Assembly: GCA_028285595.1 (NCBI GenBank)
Contig: JANQOW010000007.1
Coordinates: 19,036-83,035, forward strand
Length of the DNA: 64,000 nucleotides
Origin: Hyphomicrobiales bacterium
Lineage (GTDB): Bacteria > Pseudomonadota > Alphaproteobacteria > Rhizobiales > CAJQND01
Direction: 5' to 3'
A program made the translations under genes and the position numbers. The notes beneath the pieces were generated by a model, which was given only the letters and a program-made list of their open reading frames with translations, was not told the DNA's origin and made no database searches. The stretch's first letter is position 1. The number at the start of each line of letters is the position of its first letter. Below are positions 1 through 9,080 of this stretch, in pieces.

Positions 1-530
1 TCGATCAGCGCATCGGTGAAAAGGTCTGGAGATGTGCTGCAGAAGATTGCCTCTTCCAGCGAAGGGGCAGGGCGGACCTTGATGGGCGTTTCGGTGCCGG
101 ACCGGTCGCGGTGCCACGCGCCGCGCGTATCGGCGTAAAAACGCTCGCCCGTATACGCCTGGCTGGCCACCCCGCCGCGGGCGCCGGTTTCATCGCACAG
201 GCCAATCAGGGTCATCCAGGTGGGCATCCCACAGATAAACGCACGCGTTCCATCGATGGGATCAAGGACCCAGGTCAGCCCTTCGGAATGGGTGGAGGCC
301 TTCGTGCCGAACTCTTCGCCCAATATGCCGTGGTCCGGATACCGGCTGGTGATCAGATCGCGCATAACCTTTTCCGACGCCTGATCTGCCGCCGTTACCG
401 GGTCAAAGCCGCTGACTTCTTTGTTTTCAACGTCGAGACCTGAGCGGAACATGGGCAGGATAGCTTTATCGGCCGCATCGGCAAGTTCATGAGCAAAGCT
501 CACCAGCGTGTCAGTCTGAGGGGTGGTCAT
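1..530 (-). CDS. inositol monophosphatase family protein (SuhB/HisN-like); C-terminal end lies beyond the window edge
   Basis: Absent from the ORF track because it runs off the window. Manual translation from the ATG at 530-528 (minus) gives MTTPQTDTLVSFAHELADAADKAILPMF... and later the IMPase motif WVLDPIDGTRAF. The 111..443 + ORF is its antisense shadow. Confidence 0.8.
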   Translation of the reverse strand, partial: MTTPQTDTLVSFAHELADAADKAILPMFRSGLDVENKEVSGFDPVTAADQASEKVMRDLITSRYPDHGILGEEFGTKASTHSEGLTWVLDPIDGTRAFICGMPTWMTLIGLCDETGARGGVASQAYTGERFYADTRGAWHRDRSGTETPIKVRPAPSLEEAIFCSTSPDLFTDALI

Positions 531-840
531 ATGAGTTGGGGTCCGGTCTGTGGCGCTTGAGGTCCTTTGTCCTATCCGAATGGGGCGGAAGGCTCAAGGC
601 AAGGCCTGTAGTTTCGGGCGCTTATGCGGTGCAACAATTTTTATTTTGCGGTGCGGCATGATGTCATTCTGTCTGAATTTGGTCTAAATTGACCCGTTTC
701 GTGAGATGTATTCTCATTTTTTGTCTTTAAAATCAATAACATGTGAGAATTGTCGGCAAATATGCAACAGATGCCGCCTGTTCATAGAAAATCCTTGTTG
801 GCCACTTGAAATCGTCATGTACGAGAGGCATATTGTGCAT

Positions 841-937
841 ATGCGAAGGAGACGCTTGTTTCTTTCGCCGCCCTTCTTGGGCGTTTCCTCCCTAGACTTG
901 GGCCGCTCCCGCAACCGCGCGAGCGGCTCATTTTTTT
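841..937 (+). ncRNA. mmgR: alpha-r8/MmgR (Rfam suhB family)-like small RNA; 5' end approximate
   Basis: Plus-strand unit between two minus-strand genes. Promoter-like CTTGAA (805-810), 17 nt, GCATAT (828-833). Hairpin 869-883. UUUCCUCCCU 10-mer at 884-893. GC hairpin 902-927 followed by T7 at 931-937. The synteny (IMPase-like / N-formylglutamate amidohydrolase / cpdR) matches what I recall for rhizobial mmgR. Confidence 0.55.
902..937 (+). terminator. rho-independent terminator of the sRNA
   Basis: GCCGCTC (902-908) pairs with GAGCGGC (921-927). An inner CGC/GCG extension and an AACC loop sit inside, followed by TCA-TTTTTTT (931-937). There is no U-run in the minus direction. Confidence 0.75.
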
Positions 938-939
938 GT

Positions 940-1848
940 CTATTCGGCTGCGATCCGGTTTGGTCTGAGAATGTCCGGCAAGCTCGCCAGCAACGAGCCT
1001 AAGATTTTGGTGAGATCTGAACGCAGAGCAATGAAGCCTTCGTGGGGCTGGAGGCTGTCTTCATCCATATAAAGCGCGCGGTTCACCTCAATCTGCACGG
1101 TATGGCGGCCATCGGCGCGTTTGCTGTAGGCCTGGGTAATGTGACCGCCAGCATAGGGTTTGTTGCGGGTGACGCTGTAGCCGGTGGAGCGAAAGGCGGC
1201 CTCGAGGAAGTAAACGGCGTCCGGATTGCAGGTTGAGCCGTAGCGGTCGCCCAACACAATATCCGGCCGGCTCTTGAGTTTCAGGCTGTCGTCGGCAAAG
1301 CCGGCCGATGGCATGGAGTGGCAGTCCACCAGCAAGACCACCCCGAAGGCATTGTGGATTTGATCTAAAAGCGTGCCCAGACACCGGTGATAGGGCAGAT
1401 AGAGGTCGCGGATGCGGTCTTCTGCCTGGGAAAAGCTAAGCCGGTGCGCATAGATTTCCTCCGTTTCGCTCACCACCCGGGGAATGGTGCCAAGGCCGCC
1501 CGCCACCCGCAATGATGTGCTGTTCACATAGTCTGGCAGCGTCTCGATAAACATGGATGGGTCAAGCTCGTAAGGCTCGCGGTTAACATCCAGATAGGCG
1601 CGCGGGAAATTGGCCTTGATCAGCGGCGCGCCAAGCCCCGTGACCGGCGAAAACAGTTCATCGATCAGGGCATCTTCCGATTTTCGCAGCGTTTTTGGAT
1701 CGAGCTTGGAGGCGGCCACGAAGGAGGCAGGGTATTGATTGCCGCTGTGCGGGGAGCTGAAAAGGACAGGTGCGGCGAGCGTTTCCGGCTGTATCACCTC
1801 AACGGGAGGGTCAAACAGATCTTCGGGCGATTTGGCGCTCGTCTGCAT
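940..1848 (-). CDS. N-formylglutamate amidohydrolase family protein
   Basis: 302-aa ORF with family-typical N-terminal VLFSSPHSG. Conserved neighbourhood with cpdR. Confidence 0.8.
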   Translation of the reverse strand: MQTSAKSPEDLFDPPVEVIQPETLAAPVLFSSPHSGNQYPASFVAASKLDPKTLRKSEDALIDELFSPVTGLGAPLIKANFPRAYLDVNREPYELDPSMFIETLPDYVNSTSLRVAGGLGTIPRVVSETEEIYAHRLSFSQAEDRIRDLYLPYHRCLGTLLDQIHNAFGVVLLVDCHSMPSAGFADDSLKLKSRPDIVLGDRYGSTCNPDAVYFLEAAFRSTGYSVTRNKPYAGGHITQAYSKRADGRHTVQIEVNRALYMDEDSLQPHEGFIALRSDLTKILGSLLASLPDILRPNRIAAE

Positions 1849-2034
1849 TTCTCACCTGAGCAAAAAAGATTTCTCTTCACCGGGCACGCCCAGCATGATT
1901 GAATGTAGCCAGCGGTCCGTGCGGTGTCCATGCCGGCCGTGCGCTTTGTGACCGGCTTTCACCGCCTATTTACCAGTTGGATTTACTCTCGCGTTGAATT
2001 GGGGACGAATAGAAACTTCGACGAAAAGACAACC

Positions 2035-2394
2035 ATGGCGAAAATACTGCTGGCGGAAGATGATGAAGACATGCGTGCGTTCCTGGAACGGGCGCTTGAG
2101 AAGGCCGGACATGATGTGACGTCCTTCGGCGAAGGCATGAGCGCGTTTGAGTGCGTTAAGGAAGTTTCGTTCGACCTTCTGTTGACCGATATCGTTATGC
2201 CGGAGATGGATGGTATTGAGCTGGCCCGCCGGGCAGCCGATCTGGATCCGGAGCTCAAGATCATGTTCATCACCGGATTCGCGGCGGTTGCGCTGAACCC
2301 TGACAATGAAGCGCCGAAGGATGCGAAGATCCTGTCCAAGCCGTTCCATTTGCGCGAGCTGGTGCAGGAAGTTGATCGCATGATGGCCGCTTAG
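2035..2394 (+). CDS. cpdR: single-domain response regulator CpdR
   Basis: MAKILLAEDDEDMRAFLERALEKAGH...TDIVMPEMDGIELARRA...KILSKPFHLRELV is near-collinear with Caulobacter/Sinorhizobium CpdR as I recall it. Start moved to the internal ATG at 2035; the track ORF begins at 1924. Confidence 0.9.
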   Translation: MAKILLAEDDEDMRAFLERALEKAGHDVTSFGEGMSAFECVKEVSFDLLLTDIVMPEMDGIELARRAADLDPELKIMFITGFAAVALNPDNEAPKDAKILSKPFHLRELVQEVDRMMAA

Positions 2395-2515
2395 GGCGGT
2401 AATTGCCGGTTGTCCGGCACATTGCTCCCTTGCGTCCAGGCAGCGGAGCCGATATATCCTCGACGTCTCGATAAGGGCAGCGCATGATCTGCCCAACCTG
2501 CACGGCAGGAAAAGT

Positions 2516-2590
2516 GGGCGTGTAGCTCAGCGGGAGAGCACTACGTTGACATCGTAGGGGTCACTGGTTCAATCCCAGTCACGCCCACCA
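2516..2590 (+). tRNA. tRNA-Val: tRNA-Val (anticodon GAC), CCA encoded
   Basis: Cloverleaf folded by hand. Acceptor GGGCGTG/CACGCCC, D stem GCTC/GAGC, anticodon stem CTACG/CGTAG with loop TTGACAT, T arm ACTGG-TTCAATC-CCAGT, 3' ACCA. Confidence 0.93.
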
Positions 2591-2760
2591 CTTTTCTTCT
2601 CCACTTTACGACAGTTCTCGGGCGTGTCCATATTGTCCCGTGATTTCAGAGTCTTGCAGAGAATCTATTCGAGTTCTTCTGGTCGGGAGACGGCCAGGTT
2701 GGCTTGAGTTGGCCAAAACTGCGCATCCGTCTCTGCACGCGCTTTGGGGAGCCAGAAGTT

Positions 2761-3196
2761 TCAAGATGATGGAGCGTTGCGAGAACGGGGTTGGTGCGTG
2801 AAGCCCAGCAATGCATGTTGTTTCTGCCAATCTAATGGGAGGTCTTGAAGCTTTTTCAGTTTCGTCGTCGTTAGATCTGCAGGTTGCCGCCCAGCCAATA
2901 TGGTTTCAACAATATCCGGGGCTAGAGTCGCGAGCTGGAGCGTTCGGCTCAGTTCTGACGGGTCGGTCGTTTCCTGTTTCGCCAAGTCAGCTGGAGACCG
3001 GGCCTTGCCGGTATGGATTGCCAACGTCGCCGGCGTCTTCTTCGTGTACTGACGGCGGTCCGATAAAAATGTCGATCTCGGCCATCTCAAAACCTGTGAC
3101 TTCCACTTCGAAGTCGGGCTCTAGTGCGATCAATTCGGTAAGTTCGATCGACAGGGCGTTTAGGTCCCAGCCGGCATTCTCGACATCGATAAACAC
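2761..3196 (-). pseudogene. ParB/KorB-like DNA-binding protein remnant (truncated and frameshifted), probably a relic of an integrated element
   Basis: Two overlapping minus ORFs in different frames (2987..3196 and 2761..3090). The first contains ...EVEVTGFEMAEIDIF..., a ParB-associated linker pattern. The second contains ...LSRTLQLATLAPDIVETILAGRQPADL..., a ParB-type HTH-like pattern. No N-terminal ParB domain is present. Confidence 0.4.
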
Positions 3197-3539
3197 TGTT
3201 TCTGGAAACCTGATTTCAAGATAGTGTTATCGGAAATTCAAGAGCCATATTTGATACTCAATTTGGTGGTGAGCAAAGACTTCCGAAAAACGAACGTTTT
3301 TGGGAGGGGTACACGGATATCCGTATGACGCCGTGAAAGGGAAGACGTGCTCCGAGGCTCAGAACGGCGACTAATGACCCAAAACAGTCTTTCATGAATT
3401 TGGCGACCTGGGTCAATGCATTCCAGAGCTTTTAAGCGAAAGTGTCAACCGCTGAGTGTCAATCAGAAGTCCCAAGAACAACATTGAATATGAACTTTCG
3501 CGCGCGGAGGTCGTGCGCTCTTTCGAGTGCTCTGATTGC

Positions 3540-4397
3540 CTAAGACCGATCTAGCAACCTCATCGTCTCCAGTGTCAGTTCGCGGCATGGGTCGGCCAGA
3601 TCAAGGACAATGTCAAAATGATTGCGATCGGCAATTTCGAGTGTTTTAACCTGTTGGCTTCGCGTTTTCAGCGCCAGTGCATAGTCCTGGCTTTGCCGTT
3701 TGAATTCATTTGTATCCGTGCCCGCCCAAACAATGAGCACAGGAAAGTCGCAGACAGCGACTTGCCGGATCGGGCTGTTTCGCCGGGCGGCATCGATGTC
3801 AAGTTTCAGCCAGGTATTGGGGAGGCAAAGCCGAACAGGCTCAAGATCGAACAGACCGCTGATCAAACAAGCCCCGGCGCTCTGCACCTCCTGCTTTAGC
3901 GCCCAGTCGCTGTTCAACACCATCGCTGCCAAATGGCCTCCTGCGGAGGTGGAGGTGCCGCACAAGATAATCCGGTCCTGCGCAATCCCAAGGTCTTCTG
4001 CTTCGGACCAAAGGTGAGCCACACAGCGGCGCACCTGATCGACGATCTGGTCGAGGTTAGCACCGGGGGCAAGAGAATAGTTGATGGCGGCTACCGAGAT
4101 GCCGGCGTCAACAAAGCACTTTGCCATAAACCCTGACTCATCCTTGCTTAGGGCCCGCCAGTAGCCGCCGTGTATGAAAATGAGGAGCGGTGTGTTTTGC
4201 CCTGCCGGAAACAGATCATAGGTTTCGTCCGGATGGTCCCCGTAGGCCAAGTCGGTGAACACACGGCACTCGCGGCGCGCAGCTTCGCTCAGTTGGGCAT
4301 AACGGTGAAGGTAGATGTCAACATCGGGCACCGTCCCGCGCGCATTGTACTGGCGCTCCAGCTCGTCCTGATCCATACCGCGATAGATGGCTGCCAT
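3540..4397 (-). CDS. alpha/beta hydrolase, AFMID/KFase-type arylformamidase-like
   Basis: 285 aa with HGGYW oxyanion motif (FIHGGYWRALSKDES), nucleophile elbow STSAGGH and N-terminal ELERQYNARG. All resemble alpha/beta-fold kynurenine formamidases. Last gene of the 3-HAO operon, 9 nt after the preceding stop. Confidence 0.65.
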   Translation of the reverse strand: MAAIYRGMDQDELERQYNARGTVPDVDIYLHRYAQLSEAARRECRVFTDLAYGDHPDETYDLFPAGQNTPLLIFIHGGYWRALSKDESGFMAKCFVDAGISVAAINYSLAPGANLDQIVDQVRRCVAHLWSEAEDLGIAQDRIILCGTSTSAGGHLAAMVLNSDWALKQEVQSAGACLISGLFDLEPVRLCLPNTWLKLDIDAARRNSPIRQVAVCDFPVLIVWAGTDTNEFKRQSQDYALALKTRSQQVKTLEIADRNHFDIVLDLADPCRELTLETMRLLDRS

Positions 4398-4406
4398 GCC
4401 CAGGCC

Positions 4407-5108
4407 TCACACGCCCAAGTATTGCTGGCGCAACTGCGGTGCAGCCTGAAATGCCCCATGGTCGCCCTGCCAGCACGTTTTCCCCTTTTCGATGATGACA
4501 TGTTCATCAGCAATGCGGGAGAGTTCTTCAACGTTCTTGTCGACGATCAATATGCTCTCACCATCCTGTTTCAGCCCTTCCAGACAATCATAGATCTCCT
4601 GGCGGATGATTGGCGCGAGGCCCTCAGTTGCCTCGTCTAGGATGAGCAGGCGCGGATTGGTCATCAAGGCCCGCCCAATCGCCAGCATCTGCTGCTCGCC
4701 GCCAGACAGCGAGCTGCCTAGCTGGCCGGTCCGCTGGCCCAACCTTGGAAACAGGGCGTAGATCCTGTCGATGGTCCACGGCGTCGAACGTCCGTGCCGG
4801 TTTGCGGAGGTTGCGATCAGGTTTTCGCGTACGGAGAGAGTTGGAAAAATCTGTCGCCCTTCCGGCACAAGAGCTATCCCAAGCCGGCCGATCTGGTGGG
4901 GCTTCAGTCCGTCAAGCGCTCGGCCATGAAACCTGATTTCGCCAGATCGCACACCCAACAGTCCCACAATGGTCTTGATGGTGGTTGTCTTGCCCATGCC
5001 GTTCCGGCCCAGAAGAGTGACCACCTTTCCGCCCGGCACAGACAAGTCGATCCCGAACAGTACCTGGCTGAGGCCATAGCCGGCCTGCAAGCCTCTCACC
5101 TCAAGCAT
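4407..5108 (-). CDS. ABC transporter ATP-binding protein (LivF-like)
   Basis: Walker A GRNGMGKTT and LSGGEQQ signature. Start set at MLEVRGL, where ATGCTTGA overlaps the upstream stop. Confidence 0.85.
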   Translation of the reverse strand: MLEVRGLQAGYGLSQVLFGIDLSVPGGKVVTLLGRNGMGKTTTIKTIVGLLGVRSGEIRFHGRALDGLKPHQIGRLGIALVPEGRQIFPTLSVRENLIATSANRHGRSTPWTIDRIYALFPRLGQRTGQLGSSLSGGEQQMLAIGRALMTNPRLLILDEATEGLAPIIRQEIYDCLEGLKQDGESILIVDKNVEELSRIADEHVIIEKGKTCWQGDHGAFQAAPQLRQQYLGV

Positions 5109-5865
5109 CGCCAACCTCGCTGGCGCCCAGATAGGCTTCCTTGACGCGCTCATCGTTGCGAATGACATCCGGATCGCCGCTGGCGATCACCTGACCGTAG
5201 ACCAAGACAGATATCCGATCGGCCAGCGCGAAAACCGCATCCATGTCATGCTCCACCAAAAGCATGGAAATCTTGCCCTTCAAGCCCTGAAGCAGCGCGA
5301 TCACATCGTTGGTCTCTTCGGCTCCCATGCCTGCCATGGGTTCATCGAGCACCAGCAGCTTGGGATGGCGCGCCAGGGCCATGGCAAGCTCAAGCCGCCT
5401 TTGCTGACCGTGGGACAGTGCGTTGGCTTCGGTGTCGGCCTGCGCCAACAAGCCCACTTGGTCCAGACAGGCGAGCGCCGGTTCGCGGAGCAGGGGGTCT
5501 CCTTGGGCCGAGGCAAAGAAGCGGAAGCTGTGTCCGGCCCCAAGCTGCACCGCCATGGAGACGTTCTCCAGAGCCGTATACTCCCGGAAAATGGAGGTGA
5601 TCTGAAACGAGCGTACGAGGCCAAGCCCAGGTCTCTTTTGTTGGGGAGTGTGGGTGATGTTGCGCCCGGCGAACGTGATCTTGCCTAAGTCAGAGGCGAG
5701 CTGGCCGCACACTTGCGCGATCATCGTGGTCTTCCCGGCACCGTTTGGACCGATGACCGCGTGGAGCTCGCCTTCGGTCACATCCAGGTTGAGATTGTCG
5801 GAGGCGCGGAGTGCGCCAAACGATTTTGAGAGCCCTTCAATGCTCAAAATGGGATCATCGGCCAT
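5101..5865 (-). CDS. ABC transporter ATP-binding protein (LivG-like)
   Basis: Walker A GPNGAGKTT, signature LSHGQQRRLE, Walker B LLVLDEP. Confidence 0.88.
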   Translation of the reverse strand: MADDPILSIEGLSKSFGALRASDNLNLDVTEGELHAVIGPNGAGKTTMIAQVCGQLASDLGKITFAGRNITHTPQQKRPGLGLVRSFQITSIFREYTALENVSMAVQLGAGHSFRFFASAQGDPLLREPALACLDQVGLLAQADTEANALSHGQQRRLELAMALARHPKLLVLDEPMAGMGAEETNDVIALLQGLKGKISMLLVEHDMDAVFALADRISVLVYGQVIASGDPDVIRNDERVKEAYLGASEVGDA

Positions 5866-6868
5866 TACTTTGCCCTCGAAACATCAGCCCGTGAATGCCG
5901 CCACGCGCAAACAGCACGACGATGATCAGCAGAGGCCCAAACACAATGCGCCAATGTTCCTTGTATTGTGCCAGCGCCATGGATTCCATGATCGCGGGCA
6001 AGAACTCTTCGAGCGCCAGAAACACGCCTGCACCGATCACGGGGCCTGGAATTGTGCCCATTCCCCCGAGCACTACCATGATCATGAGATCGCCCGATTT
6101 GGTCCAGTGCAGATAGTCGGGGCTGACAAACTCTGTCAGATTAGCGTTGAGGACCCCCGCCAGGCCAGCCACCGCACCGGCTATCACAAAGGCCACAAGC
6201 TTGTAGCGCCGAACGTCGCAGCCCAATGCAAGCATGCGGGCCTCGTTTTGCTTGCAGGCCTTCAGCACAGCGCCAAAGCGCGAGCGCACAACCGCGCTGA
6301 ACAGCGCCATGAAGAGGACCAGGACGACTAGGCAAACGAAGTAGAAGGTCAAATCATTTGAGAGGTCGAGACCCGGAACAAAGCTGCGCCCATTGTACAT
6401 GATCACGCCGTCATCTCCGCCGTAGCGCTCCATGGACACAAACAGGAAATAGAGCATCTGCGCAAATGCCAGGGTGATCATGATGAAGAAGACGCCGCTG
6501 GTGCGTAAAGACAGATAGCCCAGGACCAGGGCTGCCAAAGCCGAGACGACAACGGCCAGTGGCCAGGTGAACAAGGCCGCATCGCTGCCTGACAGTCCGA
6601 AGATTGTTGAGTTCTGGAAGGCATGGAACGACATGATGCCGACCACATAAGCGCCTACGCCGAAATAGGCGGCGTGGCCAAAGCTGACCATGCCTCCATA
6701 TCCTAAGATGAAGTTGAGGCTTAGCGCCGCCAGGCCATAGATCGCGATGCGCGTCAGAAGCCCGATCAAGTACTCCTGCCCAGCCGCGATTAGAACGAAC
6801 GGAAGGGCAATCGAGACGGCCAGCGCACTCAGCGCAAGCAAGTGATGTTTGCTCATCTTGGCGCTCAA
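5855..6868 (-). CDS. branched-chain-amino-acid-type ABC permease (LivM-like)
   Basis: 337-aa polytopic membrane ORF. Overlaps both neighbours. Confidence 0.85.
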   Translation of the reverse strand: MSAKMSKHHLLALSALAVSIALPFVLIAAGQEYLIGLLTRIAIYGLAALSLNFILGYGGMVSFGHAAYFGVGAYVVGIMSFHAFQNSTIFGLSGSDAALFTWPLAVVVSALAALVLGYLSLRTSGVFFIMITLAFAQMLYFLFVSMERYGGDDGVIMYNGRSFVPGLDLSNDLTFYFVCLVVLVLFMALFSAVVRSRFGAVLKACKQNEARMLALGCDVRRYKLVAFVIAGAVAGLAGVLNANLTEFVSPDYLHWTKSGDLMIMVVLGGMGTIPGPVIGAGVFLALEEFLPAIMESMALAQYKEHWRIVFGPLLIIVVLFARGGIHGLMFRGQSNGR

Positions 6869-7788
6869 TGCCTCTGTGCGGCAACGGGGAAGAGCCCGTT
6901 GGGTCTGGCGATCAGGATTGCCGCCATGAGAATGTAGATTGACATGGACGACAGGCCTGCACCGATACCATCAGCCGATGCGGTGTCCATGAAGAGTTTC
7001 AAGAAATCCGTCAGGAAGGCGCGCCCGAGCGTGTCCACAACGCCAACAAGGATCGCCCCCACAAGCGCCCCGCGCACCGATCCGATACCGCCGATCACCA
7101 CGACCACAAAGGCCAGTATGAGTTGTTGTTCGCCCATCCCCACTTCAACCGAAACCAAAGGCCCTGCCATGGCGCCGGCCAGACCAGCAAAGACAGCGCC
7201 CAGCCCAAAGAGCAATGTGAACATCAGCCCGATATCCACGCCCAGAACGGCTACCATGTCCCGGTTGGTGGATCCGGCACGGATGAGCATGCCGGCCCGG
7301 GTGCGGGTGATTACAAAATAAAGCAAAGCAGCCACTGCACAGCCGACCGCGATGATGGTGAGCCGGTAGACAGGATAGTCGATGCCTGGAAGAATCTCGG
7401 CCGAGCCATTGAGGAACGGCGGTACATCGAGAAACAACGGCGTGCGCCCGAAAATGATTGTCAGCAGCTCATTGGCAAATAAGATCAGCCCAAATGTTGC
7501 CAGCACCTGATCCAGATGATCTCGGTTGTAGAGCCGCCGCATGATCACCAGCTCCATGGCCATGCCGACAAGCCCGGCAACCACCACCGCACCCAGGATG
7601 CCGATCAGGAATGATCCAGACCATTGGGTGCTCACAGCAGCAGCATAGGCGCCGATCATGAACAGCGAGCCATGCGCCAGATTGATCACCCCCATGATGC
7701 CAAAGATGAGCGTCAATCCAGCGGCGATAAGGAACAGGAAGACCCCCAATTGCAGCCCGTTCAGAATCTGTTCCAGTAGCAAAAACAT
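6865..7788 (-). CDS. branched-chain-amino-acid-type ABC permease (LivH-like)
   Basis: 307-aa polytopic membrane ORF with a 4-nt overlap with the next gene. Confidence 0.85.
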   Translation of the reverse strand: MFLLLEQILNGLQLGVFLFLIAAGLTLIFGIMGVINLAHGSLFMIGAYAAAVSTQWSGSFLIGILGAVVVAGLVGMAMELVIMRRLYNRDHLDQVLATFGLILFANELLTIIFGRTPLFLDVPPFLNGSAEILPGIDYPVYRLTIIAVGCAVAALLYFVITRTRAGMLIRAGSTNRDMVAVLGVDIGLMFTLLFGLGAVFAGLAGAMAGPLVSVEVGMGEQQLILAFVVVVIGGIGSVRGALVGAILVGVVDTLGRAFLTDFLKLFMDTASADGIGAGLSSMSIYILMAAILIARPNGLFPVAAQRH

Positions 7789-7858
7789 TCAAGAGCCCAA
7801 GAAAATGGAGGCAACCGAGATTGCCTCCATCATACAGGTGTGGAAACGCAAGGTCGCT

Positions 7859-9040
7859 CTATTTCAGCGGGCACTGATCCGCATAAGCGTCCTTATGGGA
7901 CTCGGCCACCACTTTTACGATCTTGTTCACGATGGTGCCGTCGGCCTGCTTTTCGACCACCTGCCCCAGCCAGTCATTCATGGGATGGTTGTTGTTGGCC
8001 AGCCTGAACTCGCCGCGCACGGATTCAAAGTCTGCCTTTTTCAATGCGGCCCTAAAGCCATCTTTGTCCGCGCTCACTTTGCCGCCGGTGGCCTTCAGGG
8101 CGCTGGCGATCAATTTGGCCGTATCGTAGCCTTGCGAGGCATAGACCGTTGGCACGCGGTTGTAGGCCTTCTTGAACCCGTCAACGAACGTCTTGTTTGC
8201 TGCATTGTCGAGCCACACGCTCCAATGGGACGTGCTGCGCACACCAACGGCGGCATCTTTGACCGCACCCATGATCTTCTCATCCATAGATGCTGTGGAG
8301 ACCACGAGCGGGAATTTGTCCTTCAGCCCGGCCTGAGAATATTGCTTAAGGAAGTTGATGCCCATGCCGCCGGGCAGAAAATGGAACACCATGTCGGGAT
8401 TGGCATCGCGGATCTTGGCGATCTCGGCCGCATAGTCGGTCTGGCCCAGTTTGGTATAGGTTTCCCCGGCAATCTTGCCTTTAAAGAAACGCTTGAAGCC
8501 GGCGAGCGAGTCCTTGCCCGCCTGATAATTGGGCGCAAGGATGTATGCATTCTTGTAGCCCAACTCGTTGGCATAGATGCCGGCGCTCTCGTGCAGACTG
8601 TCATTCTGCCAAGAGGCCACGAAGTAGTTTTCGTTGCAGCCCTTCCCGGCAAAAATCGACGGGGCGGAGTTCGGTGAGACGTAGAATGCGCCGGCTTTGA
8701 TCGTCAACGGCACAACCACAGGCGTGATGTTGGAGAAGATCACGCCCGTCATGATCTCCACTTTGTCTTTCTTCAAAAACTTGTCCGCAATCTGTTTGCC
8801 GTTGCCCGGCTTGCGGCCGTCATCCTCAACGAGCACTTCAACCTCCGTGCCGCCAAGTTTTCCACCTTCCTCGGAAACGGCCAGCAGGAAGCCGTCGCGA
8901 ACGTCTTCGCCGAGATATCCTGCACCTGTCGACAGGGTGGTTATCATACCGATCTTCACAGGCTCGGCCCAGGCGACGGCGCTGATCAAGCTTAAGGACG
9001 TGGCCGCAACCGCCGTCATAAGTTTGGATTTTAGGGTCAT
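7859..9040 (-). CDS. ABC transporter periplasmic substrate-binding protein (LivJ/K-type, Peripla_BP_6-like)
   Basis: Signal peptide MTLKSKLMTAVAATSLSLISAVAWA. Start chosen at 9040 behind a GGAGGA RBS; the track ORF starts at 9073. Confidence 0.85.
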   Translation of the reverse strand: MTLKSKLMTAVAATSLSLISAVAWAEPVKIGMITTLSTGAGYLGEDVRDGFLLAVSEEGGKLGGTEVEVLVEDDGRKPGNGKQIADKFLKKDKVEIMTGVIFSNITPVVVPLTIKAGAFYVSPNSAPSIFAGKGCNENYFVASWQNDSLHESAGIYANELGYKNAYILAPNYQAGKDSLAGFKRFFKGKIAGETYTKLGQTDYAAEIAKIRDANPDMVFHFLPGGMGINFLKQYSQAGLKDKFPLVVSTASMDEKIMGAVKDAAVGVRSTSHWSVWLDNAANKTFVDGFKKAYNRVPTVYASQGYDTAKLIASALKATGGKVSADKDGFRAALKKADFESVRGEFRLANNNHPMNDWLGQVVEKQADGTIVNKIVKVVAESHKDAYADQCPLK

Positions 9041-9080
9041 ATCGACGTTCCTCCAGGGGGCTTTTGGTTTCATGGGATAA

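Noticed and set aside
706-1002. 98-aa plus-strand ORF in the suhB-like/hutG-like intergenic region
   Set aside because: Cys/Arg-rich sequence that reads straight through a strong intrinsic terminator and into the convergent gene. The region is better explained by an sRNA.
7658-8677. 339-aa plus-strand ORF
   Set aside because: Entirely antisense to the well-supported substrate-binding protein gene (7859..9040). Arg/Gly/Ala/His-rich composition with no motifs. This is a typical GC-rich shadow ORF. The same reasoning applies to 5648..6331, 10404..11000, 10993..11736 and 19401..20120.
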